Source: Abditibacteriaceae bacterium (GTDB lineage: Bacteria > Armatimonadota > Abditibacteriia > Abditibacteriales > Abditibacteriaceae). From it: a DNA stretch of 11,168 nucleotides. A program made the position numbers and the translations under genes. Position 1 is the first letter of the stretch. Each line of letters opens with the position of its first letter. Below the pieces are notes generated by a model. That model did not search any database. It had not been told where the DNA came from and worked only from the letters and a program-made list of their open reading frames with translations. Below are positions 1 to 7,151 of this stretch, piece after piece. The stretch lies in assembly GCA_031425655.1 (NCBI GenBank), contig JANPJS010000048.1, forward strand, positions 1 to 11,168. Reading direction: 5' to 3'.

Positions 1-66
1 ATCGCCCTCTTCCAAACAGTGAGGCCATCAAGCTACCTGTTTGGAAGAGGGCGATAGCCCCGCCCC
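1..66. repeat. REP/REPIN-like palindromic element, copy 1 (truncated by window edge)
   Basis: Perfect 19-bp inverted repeat ATCGCCCTCTTCCAAACAG (1-19) / CTGTTTGGAAGAGGGCGAT (37-55) with a 17-nt loop, followed by AGCCCCGCCCC. A near-identical copy lies at 3751-3826. Sits just downstream of the hslU stop. Confidence 0.9.
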
Positions 67-78
67 AATAACTTCACC

Positions 79-1509
79 TCACAAAATATAGCGGCTTAAA
101 TCTTCGTCTTTGACCAGCGGGCCTAAGCGTTCCAGCACAAAAGCGGCGTCCACGCGCAAGGTGCCTTGCGCTGAATCAGGCGCGTCAAAGGAGATTTCTT
201 CGAGCAGGCGCTCGACGACGGTGTGCAGACGCCGCGCGCCGATGTTTTCGGTTTGCTCGTTGACTAAGCACGCCAAGCGCGCGATTTCGTCAATGCCGTC
301 GTCCGTAAATTCGATTTCTACGCCGTCGGCGCCCAAAAGGGCTTGATATTGCTTCAAAAGTGCGTTGTGCGGCTCAATTAAAATGCGTCGAAAATCGGCT
401 TCGGTCAGCGGTTCCAACTCGACGCGAATCGGAAAGCGGCCTTGCAATTCGGGAATTAAATCGGACGGTTTCGAGACGTGAAACGCGCCCGCCGCGATGA
501 ACAGCATATGATTGGTCTGCACCGGGCCGTGCTTGGTCATCACGGTGCTGCCCTCGACAATCGGCAGTAAATCGCGCTGCACGCCTTCGCGCGAGACTTG
601 CGGCCCGGACGTATTTCCGGCTTCGCGTCCCGCCACTTTGTCCAATTCGTCAATGAAAAGGATGCCGGTTTCCTGCACGCGCACGAGAGCCTCGCTGATT
701 ACGACATCGCGGTCGAGCAGTTTTTGCGCTTCTTCGGCTTGCAGCACTTTGCGCGCTTCGGCAATCTTCATTTTGCGCCGCTTGCGCTCTTTGGGAAACA
801 TATTCGAGAACATACTTTGCATATCGAAGCCCATTTCTTCCATGCCGGCGGGCGTGAAAATGCGCGCTCCGCCGCTTTTGGTTTCTTCGATGTCGAGTTC
901 CACTTCGGCGTTTTCCAGTTCGCCGCGTTCGAGTTTGTCTTTCATGCGCGAACGCAGGCGGTCGGCCTGTTCGACTTGCAATTTATAAGCGGGGTCTTCG
1001 GCGGCGGTTTCCTCGTCGCCGATGTTGTCGGGCCACGCGCCCATGTGCGGAATATTGGCGACGGGCCGGGCGCGCGGCTGCGGACGTTCGACTAATAAAT
1101 CGAGCAGGCGCGTTTGAACACGTTCGGCAGCGCGCTCCTGCACTTCGGCGATTTTTTCTTTTTCGACCATCGCCACGGCGATGTCGGTGATGTCGCGCAC
1201 CATCGCGTCCACATCGCGCCCGACGTAGCCGACTTCGGTGAACTTGGTCGCTTCGACTTTGAGCAGCGGCGCGCCGGCTAAAGTGGCCAAACGCCGCGCG
1301 ATTTCGGTTTTGCCGACGCCGGTTGGGCCGATCATCAAGATGTTTTTGGGAATAATATCGGCGCGCATTTCGTCCGACAACTGCGCGCGACGAAAACGAT
1401 TACGAAGCGCGACCGCGACGGCTTTTTTAGCGGCGTTTTGCCCGACGATATATTTATCCAATTCCGCGACAATCTGGCGTGGCGTCAACGATTCGAGTTT
1501 GGTTTGCAT
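79..1509 (-). CDS. hslU: ATP-dependent protease ATPase subunit HslU (ClpY)
   Basis: N-terminal LTPRQIVAELDKYIVGQ, Walker A GPTGVGKT, GYVG pore loop, Walker B FIDELDK, REGVQRDLLP, GARRLHT, C-terminal DLSRYIL; hslV nearby on the same strand. Confidence 0.98.
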   Translation of the reverse strand: MQTKLESLTPRQIVAELDKYIVGQNAAKKAVAVALRNRFRRAQLSDEMRADIIPKNILMIGPTGVGKTEIARRLATLAGAPLLKVEATKFTEVGYVGRDVDAMVRDITDIAVAMVEKEKIAEVQERAAERVQTRLLDLLVERPQPRARPVANIPHMGAWPDNIGDEETAAEDPAYKLQVEQADRLRSRMKDKLERGELENAEVELDIEETKSGGARIFTPAGMEEMGFDMQSMFSNMFPKERKRRKMKIAEARKVLQAEEAQKLLDRDVVISEALVRVQETGILFIDELDKVAGREAGNTSGPQVSREGVQRDLLPIVEGSTVMTKHGPVQTNHMLFIAAGAFHVSKPSDLIPELQGRFPIRVELEPLTEADFRRILIEPHNALLKQYQALLGADGVEIEFTDDGIDEIARLACLVNEQTENIGARRLHTVVERLLEEISFDAPDSAQGTLRVDAAFVLERLGPLVKDEDLSRYIL

Positions 1510-1515
1510 ATTTTC

Positions 1516-1618
1516 ATTTTAAACACAAAGGACACAAAGATCGCACAAAGGCACACAAAGAAACTGAAAATCTTTTGTGTGCCTTTGTGAAATTCTTTGT
1601 GCCCTTTGTGTTTAAAAT
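1516..1618. repeat. Palindromic element built from CACAAAG tandem units (4 per arm, ~9-12 nt period), capped by ATTTTAAA
   Basis: Left arm 1516-1560 ATTTTAAA-CACAAAG-GA-CACAAAG-ATCG-CACAAAG-GCA-CACAAAG. The reverse complement of right arm 1573-1618 is ATTTTAAA-CACAAAG-GG-CACAAAG-AATTT-CACAAAG-GCA-CACAAAA. 12-nt loop. Confidence 0.92.
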
Positions 1619-1637
1619 CAGCTTCTGAGGGTTTCGA

Positions 1638-1919
1638 TTATTTTTTCGTCCCGTCAAAAGGGTTGCTGCTGTTTGACCACGGCGAGGACGAACCACTTTG
1701 CAGTGTTTTTGGTTGCGGCGAGGCATTGGGTTTCAGGGGCGGCATCGAATCTTGCGATAGTGTTGGGGCTTGCGGCATCGAATTCGGCATTTCGCGCGGC
1801 GGTTGGGCTTCGCGCGCCGTTTTCTCGCCGTTTTTCTTCATCAGGTGAGCGATGAGAAAGAACGCGACAATGAGCAGCTTAAAACCGCCGTGTCCGAGAA
1901 AACTGAGGAATTCCTGCAT
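1638..1919 (-). CDS. Small hypothetical single-pass membrane protein (93 aa) with Pro/Ser/Gln-rich tail
   Basis: Strong SD AGGAGGT (1925-1931, minus strand) 5 nt before ATG 1919. Hydrophobic segment FKLLIVAFFLIAHLM followed by KK, then a low-complexity tail ending SPWSNSSNPFDGTKK. Confidence 0.8.
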   Translation of the reverse strand: MQEFLSFLGHGGFKLLIVAFFLIAHLMKKNGEKTAREAQPPREMPNSMPQAPTLSQDSMPPLKPNASPQPKTLQSGSSSPWSNSSNPFDGTKK

Positions 1920-1957
1920 TGTAAACCTCCTGAGCGCCGCCAAACTGTGTTGAAAAA

Positions 1958-2977
1958 TTACTTCGTGGCGCTCACGTCGAAGCTGTAAACACGCGATTCG
2001 GGTTCGAGCAATTGCAGCGTTTTCGCGGTTACGTTTTTGGGAATGGCGAAGGCGAAGCGCGCCGTGTATTCCTGACCGGGCTTGAGTTCGCCGCCGGCGT
2101 ATTCGTTTCGCGCGGTTTTGAGCATTCTGCCGCCGTGTTCGGACTTTTCGTCATCGGAAGCGATTAATATGGGCGCAAATGTGGCGGTATCGTAGGAAAT
2201 CGTCAGCGAAGAAGCGTTTTTCAGCGCGACGGTGGCCACAAAAAACCGCTGATCTTCGGCAACTTCGTGTTCGCCGAGCGGCCCGGCGACGTAAGCTGCG
2301 GAAGCTAATTTTATGTCCCACTTCAGCAGCGGATAAAACTTCCCGACTTCTGCGACGACTTCGTTTTTGGCCGTCGCGCCCGCAGCATCCGCGCTGTCGG
2401 CGAACGGCGCCACCAAAGCTTTCACGACTTTACGCAAATCGTAGCGCAAGACCGGGCCACCCTCTGGATGCTGCACGATCAACTTGGGCACCACGCCTTT
2501 CGCCGGCACCACGACTGCGGTAAATACGCCGAGTTTTTGTCCCGGTTTGAGTTCCAGAGAAACCGATTCCCCCGTGCCGATGCGCGCCACTCTGCCGACG
2601 GATTCGTGATTGACGTTTTGCACGTCTACGGCTGTGAATTTCAGCGTGCCCCAATCGTATTGCAAAAGCTCTTTATTGGGATTGTGCACGGTGTAATTCA
2701 GCACGAGCAGCTTCTCATCGGCTTTGGGCGCGTCGGTTTCCTCGCCGATATTCACGCGCTCAACACGAAATTCGGCGCTGTCTAACGTGAAATTGATCGC
2801 GCCGATTTTGCCCAGAGTATAAGCCGTGCCGATAACAGCTTCGGCTCCGGCCATTTGCGTGGTGCCTTTAGTCGGCGGCTTGGCGGGCGGCGTTTTCGCA
2901 GGCGGCTTTTTCGGGTCGGCGGCCAGAGCAGGAATTGCCATGAGCAACAAGGCACAGAAACAGTTTTTGTGATTCAT
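1958..2977 (-). CDS. Secreted hypothetical protein (339 aa) with two tandem Ig-like/DUF4352-like domains
   Basis: SD GAGGAG (2982-2987, minus strand) before ATG 2977. Sec-type signal peptide ending ALA/A, then a Pro/Lys linker. Internal duplication: LLVLNYTVHNP..ELKPGQ..VVP versus FFVATVALKNA..ELKPGQ..FAIP. The domain name is by resemblance only. Confidence 0.8.
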   Translation of the reverse strand: MNHKNCFCALLLMAIPALAADPKKPPAKTPPAKPPTKGTTQMAGAEAVIGTAYTLGKIGAINFTLDSAEFRVERVNIGEETDAPKADEKLLVLNYTVHNPNKELLQYDWGTLKFTAVDVQNVNHESVGRVARIGTGESVSLELKPGQKLGVFTAVVVPAKGVVPKLIVQHPEGGPVLRYDLRKVVKALVAPFADSADAAGATAKNEVVAEVGKFYPLLKWDIKLASAAYVAGPLGEHEVAEDQRFFVATVALKNASSLTISYDTATFAPILIASDDEKSEHGGRMLKTARNEYAGGELKPGQEYTARFAFAIPKNVTAKTLQLLEPESRVYSFDVSATK

Positions 2978-3018
2978 AACTCTCCTCAAATGTGATTAAG
3001 TAGTCAGACAGAAATAGA

Positions 3019-3179
3019 TTAAACCGCAGAGACGCCGAGAGCGCAGAGGCAAAAAGAGTTTCGGGCCAACAGCAGGCGCACAATCATAGCCCAGACTGGC
3101 CACGCCACCTCCCGGCACCGCGCCCAGCCCCTCTCCAACCTCTCTCAGGCTCGGCGCCCTCGGCGTCTCTGCGGTTTAA
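3019..3179. repeat. MITE-like element: 30-bp inverted repeats with 9-nt periodicity (CGCAGAG/CGCCGAG units) around a 101-nt spacer
   Basis: TTAAACCGCAGAGACGCCGAGAGCGCAGAG (3019-3048) versus reverse complement of 3150-3179, TTAAACCGCAGAGACGCCGAGGGCGCCGAG: 28/30 identical, with TTAA at both outer ends. Confidence 0.9.
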
Positions 3180-3198
3180 CTTAATTTTGTTCAGCCAC

Positions 3199-3741
3199 TT
3201 ACCCTTCGACGGTTTCGACCGTAATTTTTTCGTTGGTATAAATGCAAATGCTGGCGGCGATGCGCAGACTTTGCTCGGCGATGTCGCGGGCGCTCATTTG
3301 CGTGTGACGCAGCAGCGCCGTCGCCGCCGATTGCGCGTAAGTGCCGCCGCTGCCGATGGCCGCGATGCCTTCGTCGGGTTCGATGACATCGCCGTTGCCC
3401 GAAATCAGAAACATATCGGTCGCGTCGGCGACGATCATCAAGGCTTCCAAGCGGCGTAAAACGCGGTCACTGCGCCAATCTTTGGCGAGTTCGATGGCGG
3501 CGCGGCGCATATTGCCGCGATGCTGATCGAGTTTGGCTTCAAACTTTTCAAACAGCGTAATCGCATCGGCGGCGCTGCCCGCGAAGCCCGCGATCACTTT
3601 ATCGCCCGCCAATCGCCGCACTTTTCGGGCGCTGTTTTTGACGATGTGATGCTCAACTGTGACTTGCCCATCGCCGGCGATGGCGGTCTGATTATCGCGG
3701 CGCACCGCGCAGATTGTGGTGGCGTGAAAGGTAGGGAGCAT
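3199..3741 (-). CDS. hslV: ATP-dependent protease peptidase subunit HslV (ClpQ)
   Basis: [11 protein letters not shown] (catalytic Thr after a short propeptide), [48 protein letters not shown]. Confidence 0.98.
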   Translation of the reverse strand: MLPTFHATTICAVRRDNQTAIAGDGQVTVEHHIVKNSARKVRRLAGDKVIAGFAGSAADAITLFEKFEAKLDQHRGNMRRAAIELAKDWRSDRVLRRLEALMIVADATDMFLISGNGDVIEPDEGIAAIGSGGTYAQSAATALLRHTQMSARDIAEQSLRIAASICIYTNEKITVETVEG

Positions 3742-3744
3742 AGT

Positions 3745-4101
3745 TTAAACGGTGGGGGTATCGCCCTCTTCCAAACAGTGAAGGCTCAACTCGGCTTGTT
3801 TGGAAGAGGGCGATAGCCCCGCCCCCAATTTCGCTTCAAATCGCGCGATTGAATCCCAGAGTGCGGCTTCGGGGTCAACGCCGTGAATCAACGAAAAATA
3901 CGCGATGGCGAACATCAAATCGCCGATTTTCTCGTGCGCGATTTCGGGCGCAAGCGGCGCGGATTCGCGGCCAAAATCGGTTTGCTTCAGCAAAGCGCGG
4001 CTCAGTTCGCCAAGTTGCACTTGCGCGTCGAGCAGGCTCCATTCCGGCGCGGTTTGCAGGTCGTGGCGCGCGATAAATTCTTCGAGCAGCGAGAGGTTCA
4101 T
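3745..4101 (-). CDS. MazG-like (all-alpha NTP pyrophosphohydrolase fold) protein with degenerate acidic motif and repeat-derived C-terminus
   Basis: QLGELSRALLK...EKIGDLMFAI...GVDPEAAL resembles the single-domain MazG pattern ExGE...ExGD...GVDLExAL. The last ~26 codons are encoded by the 3751-3826 palindrome. Confidence 0.75.
   Translation of the reverse strand: MNLSLLEEFIARHDLQTAPEWSLLDAQVQLGELSRALLKQTDFGRESAPLAPEIAHEKIGDLMFAIAYFSLIHGVDPEAALWDSIARFEAKLGAGLSPSSKQAELSLHCLEEGDTPTV
3751..3826. repeat. REP/REPIN-like palindromic element, copy 2
   Basis: 27-bp arms GGTGGGGGTATCGCCCTCTTCCAAACA (3751-3777) / TGTTTGGAAGAGGGCGATAGCCCCGCC (3797-3823), 2 mismatches, 19-nt loop. Same orientation as copy 1 and with the same CCCAAT flank. 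Confidence 0.92.
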
Positions 4102-4181
4102 AGGAAAGGATGAAGGATGAAGGCGGAAGGATGAAATTGGCGCGACGCACTGGACGATTCGCGGCGAGGCCGCTTTTTCAT
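4098..4181 (-). other. Putative translational-relay mini-ORF (27 aa, MKKRPRRESSSASRQFHPSAFILHPFL*) crossing the heptamer palindrome
   Basis: ATG 4181-4179 overlaps the TGA of mini-ORF MKAEG* (4195-4178), whose ATG overlaps the rbsK TGA. Its own TGA (4100-4098) overlaps the mazG-like ATG (4101-4099). Translation is not demonstrated. Confidence 0.45.
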
Positions 4182-4206
4182 CCTTCCGCCTTCATCCCTC
4201 ATCCTT
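4106..4206. repeat. Heptamer (AAGGATG) tandem-repeat palindrome, copy 1
   Basis: Left arm 4106-4136 AAGGATG-AAGGATG-AAGGCGG-AAGGATG-AAA. Right arm 4176-4206 is its reverse complement with 1 mismatch. 39-nt spacer. Contains the rbsK stop codon. Confidence 0.93.
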
Positions 4207-5121
4207 CAATTTGGCGTCTACTTCGGCGCGCGTGGGAATGGAAACTTGCGCGCCGTGTTTGGTGCAGGCGAGGGCGGCGGCGGCGTTGGCGAAGCGCACG
4301 GCGTCTTCGAGCGATTTGCCTTCGGCCAACGCGCAGCCCAGCGCGCCGGTAAAAGTGTCGCCGGCGGCGGTGGTATCCACGGCTCTTACTTTAAAACCGG
4401 GCACGCGCGTGGCGCCTACGCCGGCGGTGATGAGCGCGCCGTCTTTGCCCAGCGTCGTAATGACCGATTCGACGCCGGCTTCCAACAACGGCTTGCAAGC
4501 GGCGGCGGCGGTGGAAACATTGACTTCATCGGCGCCGGTCAGCACTAAAATTTCGGTTTCGTTAGCGACCAAAATGTCCACTTTTTCCAGCAAAGCGGGC
4601 GGCAGAATGCGCGCCGGCGCCGGATTGAGAATCACTTTGGTTTTGTGCGCGACCGCCAATTCCGCCGCGCGCAGCACGGTTTCCATCGGCGTTTCGAGCT
4701 GCAAAATCATCACTTTGGCGCTCTCGATCAGCGATTCGGCGGCGTTGACATCGGCGGGCGTGAGACGCAGATTGGCGCCGGGCGCGACCACGATTTCATT
4801 TTCGCCGTTATTGTCTACGAAAATTAAAGCCACGCCTGACGCTGTGTTCTGGTCATGCACCAGATGCGTGATGCCCAACCCGGCGTCGGCAAAAGAATCA
4901 CACGATAACGTGGCGAACATATCGTTGCCCAGTCGCGCGACAAGCTGGGTTTGGGCGCCGCATTTGGCCGAGGCGACCGCTTGGTTGGCGCCTTTCCCGC
5001 CGGGCGTGGTCACGAAATCCTGGCCTAAAATCGTCTGGCCGGGCAGCGGCAATTCACGGCAGCGCACCGTCATATCAATATTGGACGAGCCGACAACGAC
5101 AACATCACACGGAATGGGCAT
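4192..5121 (-). CDS. rbsK: Ribokinase (PfkB family), 309 aa
   Basis: VVVVGSSNIDM, PGGKGANQAVA, GENEIVVAPGAN, LNPAPA, ANETE, VDTTAAGDTFTGAL PfkB signature. ATG 5121 preferred over the ORF-track start at 5193 (AAGGA upstream; homology begins here). Confidence 0.93.
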   Translation of the reverse strand: MPIPCDVVVVGSSNIDMTVRCRELPLPGQTILGQDFVTTPGGKGANQAVASAKCGAQTQLVARLGNDMFATLSCDSFADAGLGITHLVHDQNTASGVALIFVDNNGENEIVVAPGANLRLTPADVNAAESLIESAKVMILQLETPMETVLRAAELAVAHKTKVILNPAPARILPPALLEKVDILVANETEILVLTGADEVNVSTAAAACKPLLEAGVESVITTLGKDGALITAGVGATRVPGFKVRAVDTTAAGDTFTGALGCALAEGKSLEDAVRFANAAAALACTKHGAQVSIPTRAEVDAKLKDEG

Positions 5122-5240
5122 GGCTAAAGTGTCCTTGCAAATCTGCGCCGAAATCTGTTTCGGAGCGCGTTGAGTATCGCGCGCGAGGCTCAAATCGGCA
5201 AGAATGCGAAATCAATCGCGCGGCCCGGCTGAAAAAATCG

Positions 5241-5249
5241 TAGTATATT
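5241..5249. promoter_or_regulatory. Candidate overlapping divergent -10 elements for tkt and rbsK
   Basis: TAGTATATT gives TATATT on + (5244-5249) and TATACT on - (5242-5247), in an AT-rich patch of the divergent intergenic region. No clear -35 boxes. Confidence 0.35.
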
Positions 5250-5318
5250 GATAGCGGATTTTGGAAACCTCGCGTTTTCAAGACCAAACGCCGATTCAAA
5301 GCACGGGAGCATCCTTTT

Positions 5319-7151
5319 ATGAGTGAAAATACACAAATGGAATTGTGGCAGAAAATTGCGGCGCAGTTGCGCGTGGACAGCATTCGCTGCACCACCAAAG
5401 CCGGTTCGGGGCATCCGACTTCTTCGATGTCCGCCGCCGATGTCATGGCGGTTTTGATGGAAAAATATCTGCGCTACGACTTCAAAAATCCGCGCCATCC
5501 CAACAACGACAGCCTGATTTTCAGCAAGGGCCACGCGTGTCCGGTGCTGTATGCGGCTTACAAAGCCGCCGGAGCCATCAGCGACGAAGAATTGCTGTCG
5601 CTGCGCCAATTCGGCAGCATTTTCGAGGGCCATCCGACGCCGGATATTCCCTGGATTGAAGCCGCGACCGGTTCGCTCGGACAAGGTTTATCCGTCGGCG
5701 TCGGCGATGCGCTTTCCGGCAAATTTCTCGATAAATTGCCGTTCAAAGTCTGGGTGATTTTGGGCGACTCGGAGATGGCCGAAGGCAGCGTCTGGGAAGG
5801 CTTTGAAATCGCCTCGCACTATGCACTCAACAATTTGGTGGCGATTATTGATGTGAATCGCTTGGGTCAGCGCGGCGAAACCATGCTCGGCTGGGACACC
5901 GATGTTTATAAGGCACGCGCCGAGGCGTTCGGCTGGAACGCCATCGTGGTGGACGGCCATAATTTAGCCGAAATTGACTCCGCGCTTGCGCAAGTCGAAG
6001 GCAGCAGCAAGCCGACGTGCATCATCGCGCGCACGGAAAAAGGGCACGGCGCTTCGCTGACAGCCAACAAAGACGGCTGGCACGGCAAGGCGCTTTCCGC
6101 CGAGCAAGCCCAAACCGCGATTGCCGAATTGGGCGGCGAAACGCATCTGACAATTGAAGTCAACAAGCCCGAAGATTTACAGCCCGCAACGCCGGCCAGC
6201 CAAGCCGAAGCCCTGCCGATTTACAAACTCGGCGATGTGGTCGCCACGCGCCAAGCCTATGGCGACGCGCTCAAAGCCGTCGGCGCTTCCGATTCCAGCG
6301 TCGTGGTTTTGGATGCTGAAGTCTCGAACTCGACTTATGCCGAATTTTTCAAAAAGGTCGCGCCCGAACGCTTTTTTGAAATCTACATCGCCGAGCAGCA
6401 GCTTGTCAGTGCGGCTGTCGGCTTGCAAAATCGCGGCAAAAAGCCGTTTTGCTCGACGTTTGCAGCCTTTTTCGCCCGCGCTTTCGACCAGATTCGCATG
6501 AGCGCGATTTCGCAGGCCGATATTAAATTATGCGGCAGCCACGCTGGTGTTTCGATTGGCGAAGACGGCCCCTCGCAAATGGCATTGGAAGACCTTTCGA
6601 TGTTCCGCTCGGTGCATGGTTCGACTGTGCTTTATCCGTCCGATGCCACCTCGACGGCGGCGCTCGTGCAAGCTATGAAAGACCTGGACGGCATCGTTTT
6701 CATGCGTTCGACGCGCGAGAAAACGCCGGTCATTTACGAATCCGGCGAAGATTTTCCGATTGGCGGCAGCAAAACTGTGCGCGAAGGCGATGCAGCCACA
6801 ATTATCGGCGCGGGAATTACCTTAGCCGAAGCCGTCATAGCCGCCGACCAATTGGCCGGCGAAGGCATCAAAGTGCGCGTGATTGACCTTTATTCGGTCA
6901 AGCCGATTGACGCCGCGACGATTAAAAAAGCCGCCGAAGAAACCGGGCACATCATCGTGGCCGAAGATCACTGGGCGCAAGGCGGCTTAGGCGAAGCGGT
7001 GCTGACGGCACTGGCCGAAAGCGGAATCGAAAAGATGCCGAAATACACGCATTTGTGCGTGCGCGAAATGCCCAAATCCGGCAAACCGACCGAATTGCTC
7101 GACGCCGCCGGAATTTCCGCCAAACACATCGCGGCAGCAGTCAAGGGATGA
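5319..7151 (+). CDS. tkt: Transketolase (610 aa, mammalian-like short type)
   Basis: GSGHPTSSMS, SKGHA, EGHP, ATGSLGQG, ThDP motif GDSEMAEGSVWE..DVN, WHGK, IAEQ, HAGVSIGEDGPSQM; SD GGGAG at 5305-5309. Confidence 0.96.
   Translation: MSENTQMELWQKIAAQLRVDSIRCTTKAGSGHPTSSMSAADVMAVLMEKYLRYDFKNPRHPNNDSLIFSKGHACPVLYAAYKAAGAISDEELLSLRQFGSIFEGHPTPDIPWIEAATGSLGQGLSVGVGDALSGKFLDKLPFKVWVILGDSEMAEGSVWEGFEIASHYALNNLVAIIDVNRLGQRGETMLGWDTDVYKARAEAFGWNAIVVDGHNLAEIDSALAQVEGSSKPTCIIARTEKGHGASLTANKDGWHGKALSAEQAQTAIAELGGETHLTIEVNKPEDLQPATPASQAEALPIYKLGDVVATRQAYGDALKAVGASDSSVVVLDAEVSNSTYAEFFKKVAPERFFEIYIAEQQLVSAAVGLQNRGKKPFCSTFAAFFARAFDQIRMSAISQADIKLCGSHAGVSIGEDGPSQMALEDLSMFRSVHGSTVLYPSDATSTAALVQAMKDLDGIVFMRSTREKTPVIYESGEDFPIGGSKTVREGDAATIIGAGITLAEAVIAADQLAGEGIKVRVIDLYSVKPIDAATIKKAAEETGHIIVAEDHWAQGGLGEAVLTALAESGIEKMPKYTHLCVREMPKSGKPTELLDAAGISAKHIAAAVKG

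Noticed and set aside
110..1522. Several plus-strand ORFs over hslU
   Set aside because: Antisense shadows of a well-conserved gene, with no recognisable domains.
4106..4136. Idea that the heptamer arm supplies stops in all three frames
   Set aside because: The third unit is AAGGCGG, so TGA occurs in only two frames per arm.
4211..5173. 320-aa plus-strand ORF
   Set aside because: Antisense shadow of rbsK; Ser/Ala/Thr-rich with no motifs, as expected from GC-rich codon bias.
5122..5193. Longer ORF-track starts for rbsK (5193), MBL (7629), secreted protein (2989) and small protein (1943)
   Set aside because: Downstream ATGs coincide with SD motifs and/or the start of family homology.
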